A DNA stretch of 64,000 nt from Rebecca billardiae RCC1528. Its lineage: Eukaryota > Protista > Haptophyta. The DNA lies in assembly GCA_965240325.2 (NCBI GenBank), contig OZ251224.1, positions 620,001-684,000 on the forward strand, read 5' to 3'. A program made the translations under genes and the position numbers. Positions 9,368 through 19,857 of the stretch are shown here, in pieces (the first letter of the stretch is position 1; the number at the start of each line of letters is the position of its first letter). The notes under the pieces are model-generated. The model worked only from the letters and a program-made list of their open reading frames with translations, ran no database searches and was not told the origin of the DNA.

Positions 9368-11200
9368 CTACGCACCCCGGCGCCGCAGCGGTAGCAGCTG
9401 CGCGATTCGCGCAGGAGAGGTGAGGTTGGCCATCCGATCGGCAGCGCTCATGCCGTGGCCGAGCGCTGCAGTCTGCCAGCCACACGAGTACGCGCCGCCG
9501 TCTGACGTGATCCAAAGCGCTTGGCCGTACTCGAGAAAGCAGTCCACCAGCTGGCCATGCGCTGGGGCGTGCACGCGCACCGGAAGCAGCTGATTCCCAC
9601 CAGCTGAGCCGATGCCGAGCAAGCCGTGCTTGTTGGCGCCAAAGGTGTACACGCTGCCGTCCGCGCCCATCACCGCGCTGCAATCACTGCCCGCGCTGGC
9701 GCGCACGATGCGCACGCCCTGCAGCGCCTCGATGCGCCTGGGCACGAGTACGTTGGATTTGTCACCATGGCCAAGGCAACCAGAATCCCCACACCCGAAC
9801 GAGTGCACGCCGCCAGTGGCATCCACCACCAGGCTGTGACCATCGCCCGCACTCACGTGCACGGCGCGCACGCCCTTCAGCGCCTCGATGCGCTGAGGCG
9901 TGCGCAGAGTCTTCTGGTCGCCATGCCCGAGGCAGCCTGCTTCGCCGCCACCGCACGAGTACACGGCACCACCCATAGACAGTATCAGCGTGTGCCCGTA
10001 ACCAGCGGACATGCCGCCCATGCGCACACCGTCCAGCGCCTCGATGCGCACAGGCTCCAGCCGGTTCTCAGTGTCGCCGTGGCCAAGCTGGCCGTGCTCG
10101 TTCCATCCCCAGCTGTACATACCGCCCGCTGCGGTAAGCGCGAGGCCGTGAAGCTGACCAGCGGCGATGCCCACGACGAGCCCCATGCTGATCATGCCCA
10201 GCGCGGTGAAGACTCGGCGCGTCTCCTTGTCGCCCAGGCCCAGCTGGCCGCAATCATTCTGACCGCACGCGTACACGGCGCCACAGTCGCTGAGCGCGAG
10301 CAGGTGTCGAAGCCCAGCCGCCACCGCACGCACGCATACCGCCGAGAGCGATGCCACGCGCGTCGGCACGAGAACCGCCGAGTCGCGCAGCTCCGGATGG
10401 CCCAGTGCAGCGGGCACATCTAGCTCATCCTCGTCTTGCTCCTCCTCACCGCACGTGTGCAGCCCGCCCGATGCGTCCACGAACGCGCTGAACGTCGCGA
10501 CTTCATCCTCCGAGGTGCCACACCCAACCACGCACGCGTGCGCATCGGCATGCTCCAGCACTCGCTCGCGCGCGAACAGCTCCGCCCGCCACGAGCACGC
10601 GCCCGCGGGGAGAGCCGCCGGCAGCGCGCCCTCGTGCCCGCGCTGACGCGCGCGCTCGCGCAGCGCGTGCTCCACCGGCGAGCGTTCGCCGGGCGCGACG
10701 CGGAAGAGGCGCGACGTGGCGTTGGCACTCGCCAGATCATGCGCGCACTCGAGCCAGCCGAGGATGCGCGTGACCACGTCCGTCGGCAGGTCGCACAGCG
10801 TGAGGCCAGCCGTCTCCGTCGGCGCTGCCGCCGTGTCGCTGGGAGGTGGCTCGCGCTGCACGGCTGTCGACCCATCCGGCGCGGCGCAGCCTGTGCACGT
10901 CGCGACGGCGACATGGCGCAGAGTGCCTAGCTCGTGAATGCCGTCGTACTGCGTCCTCGCCGACGCCGCCTTCGTCACGCGCTTGCACCCCGGCCGGCCG
11001 CACCGCACGACGCAGCGCTCGGACGCGAGCGCGCGCTGGAAGAGGCACACGTTGTGCGCGACGTGCTCGTCGCCGCACGCGAGCTGCGCCCACGGCTGGC
11101 TCCCAATACGATCGCCGCACAGCGCGCACGGCACCTCGAAGACCTGGGACGCGGCGGCGGCGCCGTCGTCCACGAGCGAGCGTTTGCGCGAGGGCTCCAT
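9368..11200 (-). CDS. RING-like zinc finger + F-box + RCC1-repeat protein
   Basis: CALC...C-GDE-H-VA-H-NV-C...C-GRPG-C; F-box LCDLPTDVVTRILGWL...DLASANATSRLFR; multiple RCC1 repeats (e.g. YSWGWNEHGQLGHGD, VSAGDGHSL). Confidence 0.85.
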   Translation of the reverse strand: MEPSRKRSLVDDGAAAASQVFEVPCALCGDRIGSQPWAQLACGDEHVAHNVCLFQRALASERCVVRCGRPGCKRVTKAASARTQYDGIHELGTLRHVAVATCTGCAAPDGSTAVQREPPPSDTAAAPTETAGLTLCDLPTDVVTRILGWLECAHDLASANATSRLFRVAPGERSPVEHALRERARQRGHEGALPAALPAGACSWRAELFARERVLEHADAHACVVGCGTSEDEVATFSAFVDASGGLHTCGEEEQDEDELDVPAALGHPELRDSAVLVPTRVASLSAVCVRAVAAGLRHLLALSDCGAVYACGQNDCGQLGLGDKETRRVFTALGMISMGLVVGIAAGQLHGLALTAAGGMYSWGWNEHGQLGHGDTENRLEPVRIEALDGVRMGGMSAGYGHTLILSMGGAVYSCGGGEAGCLGHGDQKTLRTPQRIEALKGVRAVHVSAGDGHSLVVDATGGVHSFGCGDSGCLGHGDKSNVLVPRRIEALQGVRIVRASAGSDCSAVMGADGSVYTFGANKHGLLGIGSAGGNQLLPVRVHAPAHGQLVDCFLEYGQALWITSDGGAYSCGWQTAALGHGMSAADRMANLTSPARIAQLLPLRRRGA

Positions 11201-11399
11201 ATGTCGTGGGTGTGAGGCTCACTCCTCGCGTCGTCATCGCGATGACCCCGGTTGGGCAGCGGATTGCCTGCTCATCGATTGTACAGTACACGTAAGCTGT
11301 GTGCGCAGTCTCGGTCGTATTCTTAGTAGTAAACGGTACTGTCTGTACGACTGTATCGCGGCCGCCCTCTTGTCAGATACTCATACTGTATGAGGGTAC

Positions 11400-11728
11400 T
11401 AAGGCGTTCATGTCATTGTCATGTGCTGTTGCCTGCTCGTCGGACAGCCGGAGCACCCGCGTTTGCTCACTGACATCACTACACGGCTCACGTGCCGTCA
11501 CGCGCCGCCTGCGTCTCCATCGGCAGCTGCCACGAGCACGCGCCGGCCGGTTGCAACTTGGCTCCGCGCCACCGGCACCGCGCACCGAGTCCGCTACGCA
11601 CCCCGGCGCCGCAGGGGTGGCAGCAGCGCGATTCGCGCTGGAGAAATGAGGTCGTCCATCCCGTCGTCAAAGCTCAGACCGTGGCCGAGCGCGGCCGACT
11701 GCATGCCACACGAGTACGCGCCGCCGCC
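11400..11728 (-). pseudogene. 5'-truncated paralogous copy of the RCC1 gene 3' end plus downstream sequence
   Basis: Aligns to 9184-9500; encodes GGAYSCGMQSAALGHGLSFDDGMDDLISPARIALLPPLRRRGA* versus GGAYSCGWQTAALGHGMSAADRMANLTSPARIAQLLPLRRRGA*. Confidence 0.85.
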
Positions 11729-11958
11729 TGCACAGTAAACATCGCGCTATGAGCTCGCGCTCTGCGTCACTATAATCACACAGTGGCCAGTGGGCCCACC
11801 TACAGTGCCGGCAGTGGCCGTGGCCGGCCGCCGTGCCATTACACAGCAGCAGAATGAGATTGAGAACTCGAACGAGTCGAACGTTCACGTTGCCAGACAC
11901 TCAGACAGGCGAACGCGCGGACCCGACGCTATGGAACTGCCTAACGTTGGGCTGAGTT

Positions 11959-12012
11959 TATATATATATAATTATATATAATTATATAATTATATATAAT
12001 TATATATATATA
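11959..12012. repeat. Imperfect (TA)n microsatellite
   Basis: Directly visible. Confidence 0.9.
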
Positions 12013-12016
12013 GCTG

Positions 12017-12109
12017 CCGCTTGCCGGAGCTGCTCGCCGCTAGGTCGGCGGGCGGCGACATCGACTACGACCTCACCCTCATCCAAGTGCTCCGGAAGGC
12101 GCTCGGCCG
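12017..12109 (+). repeat. Dispersed repeat family B, copy 1
   Basis: Near-identical to the reverse complement of 57370-57469; both translate as ...AARSAGGDIDYDLTL(I/T)QVLRKALGR. Confidence 0.85.
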
Positions 12110-12291
12110 CGGCGGCATCTGCCGTCGCCGCCGCGTGCGGCCAGGCCGAGGCCGTGCTCCATCCCGGCCCCGCTCCCGTAGGGGGGCAGGGCTGCGGGTG
12201 GCGCACTGTCTGACCTGGACGGAAGGCGCGGACGCATTCTATGTGTCTGTTGCACTCTGAGCCTGACGCTTGTCCGATGCTGCCACGTCGT

Positions 12292-12404
<113 letters not shown>

Positions 12405-12652
12405 CCGCGTTCCGCGGTCCTTTTCTGCATAGAATCAACGCAGTTGGGGGCCCGCGGTGGCCGTGCAATCGCGGCTCTCCGCCGTAGTGGCAGTTCGCCA
12501 GTTGAAGTCGGTTCTGAGATGACTGAAGCTATATTCGTCCGACCGTCGCCCTGCCTGCGCGACCGCGAGACTCATTCACACTTCACACAATCACAGCAGC
12601 GGACCTGAGACCGCACCCGGCACCGGTCGTCAAATCGGACGTCCGTCTGACA

Positions 12653-12800
12653 ACTAGCTGCCAAATGTCCAACTGGCTGATCAGCTCGGATCCGACCCGT
12701 CCGCGATCGTGCCATCGGCATCGGAATTACTACTAGTAGCTGCCAAACTGTGTCCAACTCTGGCTGATCAGCTCGGATCCGACCCGTCCGCGATCGTGCC
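12653..12800. repeat. Two direct copies of an approximately 60-bp unit
   Basis: tagctgccaaa..tgtccaact..ggctgatcagctcggatccgacccgtccgcgatcgtgcc at about 12655-12712 and 12737-12800. Confidence 0.85.
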
Positions 12801-13822
12801 GAGTGAGTCGTGCCGCGGAGCTCGGAGTACTGAAGGAGTCGGGTGTGACAGCAGGGTGCTTTAGCGCTGCGGCCCGTGCCAGCCAACGACCAGACGTACT
12901 CTGGCCACTTGACCCGTTGCACGGGTGAGTGACCGTACGCCCTGCCTGGTGCCTACCGCGCGCGCCGCGCGACCTGGCGACTCGGGGTGATGGAGAGCGG
13001 ATGGCGACAGCAGCAGCAGTCCTCATGAAGACGATGAAACTGGCGGCACGGGTGCACGAGGTGGCAGGCGAAAGCGTGCCGACGAGACCGCATTTGACAC
13101 ACCTGAGCCGCACGCGCGTGCCGTCGCCGAGCGGCGAGCGCTGCAAACGCGCAACCGTACCGCGCGCGCCACGACGGCGCGGCACTAGCTGATGCAGGCC
13201 GTACTGCCGGCACTGCTTCTGCGATCATGCGCCACGGTCGCAGCTGACTGCGTGAGCAGCAAGCGGGAGGCGGGTCCGGAGGCACGTGCAGGCGCCGTCC
13301 CGCATATCCGCCATCGCCCATCGTGCCGGGGCACGTCACCTCCGACGATCCGGATGCATGGCCCAGTCCGGACGTCACGCGATCCGGGAAGACGAGTACG
13401 ATTCGCTCGTAACGAACCGTTACACTAATGTCACGTCCAGCTGACGTCCAGATCGCACTTTACTTAAGGGAATCAGCTGGGCGCGCTTTTTTTTGGCCTG
13501 ATAGACCTCTCAATGCGATCTCAAAAACTCGAAACTCGGTCTCCGCCAGCCCTAAAAATCGCCCCCCGTCCCTTTTTTTCCGCCGCCCCCCGTCCCTTTT
13601 TTCTTGATCAAAGATCTTTTTGAAACGTGGTTCCGGCACCGTGGTTCGGGCCCGCTGGTGCGGGCTCCACGCTGCGCGCTCCGCCCTGCACCGCGGGCCA
13701 TAATTTTATTATCGGTGACGAGTACGACGACATTCGACAATTTCGACATGCGTCTGACATCCGAGCCCGAGGCCGTCGCAGCTGAGCGCCGCCTCGGGCT
13801 CGCGACAGATGTGCGCGTCCAA

Positions 13823-16800
13823 CTAGGGCACGATCATCGCCGTCGCGGGCAGGGATGATGCCGCAGCAGAGACACGCGCGAGCGCCACACGCGCGGCTAG
13901 TGCCAGTGGCAGCGGCGCTGGCTGCTGCCCATCCCGCGCGTCGGCGAGCTGGGCGAGCGCGGGCGCGAGCTCGGCCGCGGCCTCGCCGAGCGCCCGGCCG
14001 TCGAGAGCGCCGAGGAGGCGGACGGCGTGGTGCACGAGGTCCGAGCGGCGCATGGCACGGGGCGTAGCCGCGGCGCCGCCCTCCTCCTCGGCAGCGCCCA
14101 CGCTCACCTCGCCGACCAGCCCCGTGCAGAGCGCGCCGCAGGCGAGCGTGCTCACCGCCGCGCGCGCGCCGGGCTCGGCGGCCGCGAGCAGCCTGGCGAG
14201 GAGGAGGTGCGCGGCGCGAGGGTGCGCGCCCTGCGTGAGCAGCGCGCAGAGCCCCGCGATGACCACCGCGCCCACGCCCCCGCCCGCGGGCGACGCGGCC
14301 CCGTCCTCGTCTGTGTCCGCCTCGTTCGCATCGTCGGCCGCGTCGACGTCGTCGGCGCGCGCAGCCGCCGCGTCCGCGCTCGCGCGCGCCGCGCCGACCG
14401 AGCGCAGGAGCGCCTCACGCAGCTGCGCGCTGTCGAGCATCGCCTCGACCAGCTCGAGCGCCGCGGCCGCGATGGCGGGCTCGGCCGACGGGGCGAGCCA
14501 CTCCGCGAGCGGCACGCGCGGCGCGCCGGGCTGCGCTCCGCGCCGTCGCTCCGTCGCCAGCGCGCTCAGCAGCGCGCTGGCGCCGAGCGAGGCGCACGGC
14601 TCACACGGCAGGCGCGCGCACGCGCGCGCGCACAGCGCGGCGCAGCGCAGCGCGAGCGCCACAGCGCGCGCGCCGTCGAGCGCAGGCACACGCCACTCCG
14701 CGGGCGCGGGCGGCTCGGCCGAGGCCGACGGCTGCTGCGCGGACGCGCACGCGGGCGGCGGCGAGGCCTCCGCGCCGAGCGCGTGCGCGTTCAGCGCGGC
14801 GCCGATGCCCACCGCCAGCCTGCACTCGACGCAGCACGCGCCGCTCAGCGCGTCCATGTGTTCAGACACGGTCGCCGCCGAGCCGCCCGGCGCGCAGGGC
14901 CACGCGCGAGCGCCGCCGCGCGTGCTCTCGGCGGCGGGCGCGGCCGAGCCGCCGCCCGCTCCGCTGCCACCGCCGCCCTCGGCGGGTGCGCGCACCTCGG
15001 CACTCAGCCGCGGCTGCTGCTGCTCCTCCGCGCCGCGCGCTGTCGGCCGCGCGTCGGCCGAGCACGCTCCGCTCTGCAGAAGCGCGCACGCCAGCCGCAG
15101 CGCGCGCCGCACCGCGCTGGCGCGCGCCTCGAGAGACGAGTGCTCGGCGGCCGGCGGCGCGCGCAGCAGGTGCTCCTCCGCCAGCAGCAGAAGCTGCCGC
15201 GCGCCCTCCGCACCACCGTGCGCGCCGCCCCTGCCCCGCTCTCCCGCCGCCCACAGCCGCTGGAGCGCGCCGCGCAAAGCCGCCTGCTCCGCGCGCGCGC
15301 CCTCGAGCGGCGCGGCGCGGATGCGCGCCGCAAGCGCTGCGGCCGGCGTGACCGGCGCGGCGCGCGCGAGAGCGCGCGCGAGCGCGTCCACGCTGCCGGC
15401 ATCGGCGTGGCTGCCCAGCACCCACTGGCACGCGGCCGCGCGCGCGCGCGCCGCCTCGCCCCTGCCCTCTGCCAGTGCTGTCTCCATCGCGTCCGCGCCC
15501 GCGTCCGCGTCCGCGTCCGCCGCGTCGGCGCGCGCCGGCGGCGCTGCGTGCGGAGGGCGAGGGAGGTCCGCGCTGGGCGGGAGCGTGCACACCTGCACCG
15601 CCGCGTGCGCGCGCGCTGGCGGCGGCGACGGCGGTCGCACGCCGCGCTGGGCAGGCGCGGGGCCGGCCGCGGCGACGATGGCGGCTGCGGCCGCGCTCGC
15701 GCGCGTGTGCGGTGAGCCCTCACACGCGTGCCGCGCGCTCGCCTCGCCGACGGCGGGGCCATCGGGGCCCTCCGGGATCATGTCCGCCGGATCAAAGCTG
15801 TCGGGCGCGCTGCCCGCGTGCGCCGCGCGCGCGTGCTCAGCCGAGCGCAGCGGCGACGTGTCGAGCGCGCGCGCGCGGCCGGGGGTCGAGGCCGCGCCCG
15901 ACAGCCGCCGCTTGCGCGCGCCTGCGCCGAGCGAGGCCGGCTGCTGCTGGCGCGGCGTGCGTTGGAAGAGTGGCGGCGCGGCGGGCGAGGGCGGCGGGTG
16001 GTGCAGCGAGGCGTGCGCGCGCGCGTCCGGAGTCACGCCGAGCGCGCCGCGCGCCACGACGCTCGCCGCGCCGCCGCCGGCCGCCGCGCCGGCTGCAGGC
16101 GTGTCGAGGCTGTGGGCGGCGCCGCCTGCGCTGCCCGGCGGCGGCGGCGGCGCGCGGCGCGCGGCCGCCCCCGCCGCGCCGGCCGCGGGCGTCTCGCCGC
16201 TCGAGCGCGCGCCGCGCGCCGCGCTCCCAGCGCACGCGCCGGCCGGCGCGCGCTGCTGCTCCAGCTGCTCCCGCCGCAGCTGCACGCGCAGCTCGGTCAG
16301 CTCCTTGGCCGCGCTCGAGTGCGCCGCCCGCAGCTGCTGCAGCTCGCGCGCCGCCTGCGCGCGCTCCGCCTCCTTAAACTCGAGGTCGACGCGCAGCTTG
16401 TCGAGCTCTGCGCTGACGCGCGCGTGCTCCGCGGCGCTCGCGGCGGAGGTCGACGCCGCCGCCTCGATCGCGCGCTGCCGCGCGGCCGCGAGCGCGCGCT
16501 CGGTCTCAGCAAGGCGCGCGGCGAGAATGTCAGCGTGCGCTGCTCGGATCTCGACCGGCTGGTGTGCGGGCACCCGGGGCGCGGGCGCGGGCGCCGGCGG
16601 CGGAAGCGACGGTGGCGGCGCGGCGGGCGGGCCTCGCGGTGGGGCCGGCGCCGGCCGTGGCGCGGGGGGCGCGCGCGATACCGGAGGAGGATCGAAGAGA
16701 TCGAACATGTTCGGCCGAGGCGCGTCTGACGGCACCGGCGGCACCGGCGGAGGCGCCGGGGCGTTCTGCACCTGCTGGTCGAGGAGCGCGAAGAGGTCAG

Positions 16801-16840
16801 CGTCGGAGACGCCGTCGATGGCGAAGGGGTCACCCGTCAT
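13823..16840 (-). CDS. Large Ala/Pro-rich coiled-coil protein, possibly ATRIP/Rad26-like
   Basis: N-terminal acidic-hydrophobic motif DGVSDADLFALLD; coiled coil containing ELDKLRVDLEFKEAE resembles the ATRIP ELQFKDAE segment; helical C-terminus. Gene existence is well supported, family is tentative. Confidence 0.5.
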   Translation of the reverse strand: MTGDPFAIDGVSDADLFALLDQQVQNAPAPPPVPPVPSDAPRPNMFDLFDPPPVSRAPPAPRPAPAPPRGPPAAPPPSLPPPAPAPAPRVPAHQPVEIRAAHADILAARLAETERALAAARQRAIEAAASTSAASAAEHARVSAELDKLRVDLEFKEAERAQAARELQQLRAAHSSAAKELTELRVQLRREQLEQQRAPAGACAGSAARGARSSGETPAAGAAGAAARRAPPPPPGSAGGAAHSLDTPAAGAAAGGGAASVVARGALGVTPDARAHASLHHPPPSPAAPPLFQRTPRQQQPASLGAGARKRRLSGAASTPGRARALDTSPLRSAEHARAAHAGSAPDSFDPADMIPEGPDGPAVGEASARHACEGSPHTRASAAAAAIVAAAGPAPAQRGVRPPSPPPARAHAAVQVCTLPPSADLPRPPHAAPPARADAADADADAGADAMETALAEGRGEAARARAAACQWVLGSHADAGSVDALARALARAAPVTPAAALAARIRAAPLEGARAEQAALRGALQRLWAAGERGRGGAHGGAEGARQLLLLAEEHLLRAPPAAEHSSLEARASAVRRALRLACALLQSGACSADARPTARGAEEQQQPRLSAEVRAPAEGGGGSGAGGGSAAPAAESTRGGARAWPCAPGGSAATVSEHMDALSGACCVECRLAVGIGAALNAHALGAEASPPPACASAQQPSASAEPPAPAEWRVPALDGARAVALALRCAALCARACARLPCEPCASLGASALLSALATERRRGAQPGAPRVPLAEWLAPSAEPAIAAAALELVEAMLDSAQLREALLRSVGAARASADAAAARADDVDAADDANEADTDEDGAASPAGGGVGAVVIAGLCALLTQGAHPRAAHLLLARLLAAAEPGARAAVSTLACGALCTGLVGEVSVGAAEEEGGAAATPRAMRRSDLVHHAVRLLGALDGRALGEAAAELAPALAQLADARDGQQPAPLPLALAARVALARVSAAASSLPATAMIVP

Positions 16841-17114
16841 AGCCGCAGCACCCTGAGCCACTCGGCCGACGGGTCGCGGGCCCGCGAGCCGCGGTGGGGT
16901 CGCCCCCCGCTCCCAACGACCGCGTGCGGTGCACTGGTGCCCGGCCGGCGCGAGCAGCCAGCGGGCCACACGGACAAGCCTGCCACTGGCCACTGCCAGA
17001 GGCTGGCGCGCGGGCGGGATTTCTTTTGGTCCCGCGGAAAAAGAAATCGGCCAGCTGTCCACGGCCCGAGTGCGGTTACAAAAAAAGGACCGCGCTTGTC
17101 GGTTGTCATTCAGG

Positions 17115-19857
17115 ATGGTGAGCATGCCGACCTCCAAGCGGCGTGCACTCGCCCTCGTGCTGCCCGAGTCGGGAGCCGAGCCGGCGAGCGCGAAAGTGGA
17201 CGCGATCGTCAACACGCTCCGTGCGAACAATTTCGCGCTGCTCGGCCAGAAGACCATCAGCCTCTCCGTGGCGGAGGCTGAGGCGTTCTACGCCGAGCAC
17301 GACGGCTTGCCCGTGTTCCGCAAGCTGGTGGCCGCGGCGACGAGCGCGCCGATCGTGGCATTCGGCCTCGAGCTGCCGGACGCCGTCGCAGTGCTCGGCA
17401 CTCTGATGGAAAGCGGTACCCTCCCGGCCGATCTCCACGTCTCCAAGCCGGAGGACGTTGACCGCGAGCTCAAGTTCTTCTTCCCAGACGGTACGGACGC
17501 GCAGCGAGCGCACGCATGCTCCCGTGCAGCGCGTCGGCCGCGCGCGCTCACCCTCGACCACGCGCGTGCGCCCGTGCGTGCGCCCGCGCGCAGCCTTCCC
17601 GCGCGAGCCGGCCTTCGCCCTCATCAAGCCGGAGGTGGTCTCGACGAACAGGAAGGAGGAGCTGCTGCGCGAGCTGGAGGCGCGCGGCTACACGGTGGCA
17701 GCCGAGCGGACCGAGCAGCTGAGCGAGGCGCTGGCGCTCACGCTCTTCCCCAAAGCGGATCAGCACACGCTGACGCTGCTCACCTCCAACCCGAGCTGCC
17801 TGGTCGCGCTCGAGAAGCCCTTCGCCATCGCCGACCTGATCGGCGCGCTCGGGCCGCCAAACCCGGCGGTGGCGGCCGAGGTCGCGCCCGACTCCCTGCG
17901 CGGCAAGTTCGGCACGGACGAGGTGAAGAACGCCATCGACGTGTCGATGTCGGCAGAGGAGGCGCAGCAGCAGCTCACCGCCGCCTTCGGCGAGCGCGAC
18001 TTTGTGCGCGCGCCCGACGAGCGCTCGGTCGCCATCCTGCTGCCAGACGCTGTCGGCAAGCTCGAGGTGGCGGTGGCCACGCTGCGGCGCAACGGCTTCC
18101 GGGTGCTGGCGACGAAGCAGACGCCGCTGAGCGCGGACACGGCGACGGCGCTGCTGTCTGGGCTGAACCAGGACCTCATCGAGTACGCGCAGTCCGGCCT
18201 CTCCACCGCCATCTGCGTCACGCGCCCGCACGCCGTGCGCGCGCTGCGCTCGATCGTCGGGCCGGCCGGCGCGGCCGTCGTCTCGACGCTTAGCGCCGCG
18301 CTCGGCTTCGACAACGTGGGCGAGGACCGCTCGCCGGCGATCTGCCCGGACGCGGTGGAGGTGGCGGATGCGAGCTGCCGCGAGCTCTTCCCCGAGCTCT
18401 ACCAGATGCAGACCACGCTCGCCATCATCAAGCCCGACGCGGTCGGCGCGGGCGTGACCGAGCAGATTGTGCAGGCGGCGGTGGACCGCGGCTTTGCCGT
18501 CCGCGCGCGCACGAGCCTGCAGCTGCCCAAGTTCAAGGCGGAGGAGTTCTACGCGGAGCACAAGGGCAAGCCCTTCCTGCCCAACCTGGTCGGCTTCATG
18601 TCCTCCGGCCCCTGCGTCGCCCTCGCCCTCGCGCGCCCCGGCGCGATCGCCGAGTGGCGCGCGCTGATGGGGCCGACGCGCACCGCGGCCGCGCGGGAGG
18701 AGGCGCCCGGCTGCCTGCGTGCGCTCTACGGCACCAACAACACGCTGAACGCGACGCACGGCTCGGACTCGGAGGAGAGCGCGAAGCGCGAGGTGAAGTT
18801 CTTCTTCCCCGCGCTCTCCGTCGAGCCGCTCCCCCGCGCCGAGCAGGTGGCCATCGCCATCAAGGAGCAGCTGGAGCCGACGCTGATTGGCGCGCTCACC
18901 GAGCTGTGCAAGGCCAAGCCAGAGGAGCCTGTGCGCTGGCTGGGCAACTACCTGCTCACGCACAACCCGAACAAGCCCAAGGTGGCGCAAGTGGTGATCC
19001 AGAAGGCGGTGCCGCAGCCGCCGCCGAAGAAGGCCGTGCCGGATCTCAAGGTGCGCGCTCGGCTCACGGGGCAGCGTCGCCAACGCCGCCGCGAGCGCGC
19101 GCGCGCCCCCGCCCGCCCGCACGCTCTGCGGGCTTGCTTGGCTGAGCTCGCGCTGCCCTCGCGCCCCCGCCCGCCCGGCCGCGCCCGCGCGATCGCACGT
19201 GGTGCGGCGCAGGTGATCAACGGCCTGCGCGAGTACTTCGACTCGCTCGACGTGAACAAGAGCGGCTCCCTCAGCCTCTCAGAGTTCCGCGCCGCGCGCG
19301 TCGGGCAGCTCGGCATCACATTGCCAGACATCGACCTGGTGAAGGCCGACCTGTTCGTCCAGCTCGACGCCAACGCGGACGACCGCGTCACGTGGGCCGA
19401 GTTCCGCGCCGGGCTGCTCGAGCGCGCGGCGGACCTGTGCTTCGACTCGCGCGTGTCGCTGTACCGCAAGCTGTTCGGCGAGGGCCAGTACGCCGGGGCG
19501 CGCACACCTGCAGAGCTCGTGTCCAGCCTGCAAGCGAACACGGTGCGCGAGCGCGCAGCCCGCGCGGGGGGGCGCGCCCGCACGGCTTGCCCTGACCACG
19601 GCCGTGCGCTGCCCCGACCGCGCCGCGCGCAGGCCATCCTCAAGGCGCTCTTTGGGGAAGACTTGCCGGCACTCGTCGACGTCTTCAAAGCGCTCGACAA
19701 AGACGGCTCCGGCTCCGTCACATGGGACGAGTTCGTCGAGCGCGTGGAGGGGGCGTTCCGGCCGCGCGCGCCGATCGCGCACCGGGAGCGCATCAAGAAG
19801 CGCGCGCCGCCGCCACTGGAGGCGCCGCCTTCCGCGCCGCCGCCGCCTGCCTTCTGA
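17115..19857 (+). CDS. Multi-NDK-domain (NME5/NME7-like) flagellar protein with Dpy-30 and EF-hands; predicted introns 17491-17593, 19051-19212, 19543-19632
   Basis: FALIKPE, TLAIIKPDA, EEFYAEHKGKPF and NATHGSDS; Dpy-30 LIGALTELCKAKPEEPVRWLGNYLL; EF loops DVNKSGSLSLSE, DANADDRVTWAE, DKDGSGSVTWDE; GT-AG introns restore the frame. Confidence 0.85.

Noticed and set aside
11594-11728. Diversity-generating retroelement TR/VR pair with the RCC1 C-terminus
   Set aside because: Mismatches are not adenine-specific on either strand, and no reverse transcriptase is present in the window.
13559-13602. Tandem cgccccccgtccctttttt pair as a terminator
   Set aside because: It is a direct repeat without a hairpin in a eukaryotic context; more likely a TE subterminal remnant.
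14027-16856. Long plus-strand ORFs (562 and 934 aa), and similar shadow ORFs over the GT2, Sec7, MFS and CDT2 genes
   Set aside because: These are antisense or alternate-frame artefacts of very high GC, with Arg/Ala/Ser low-complexity translations.
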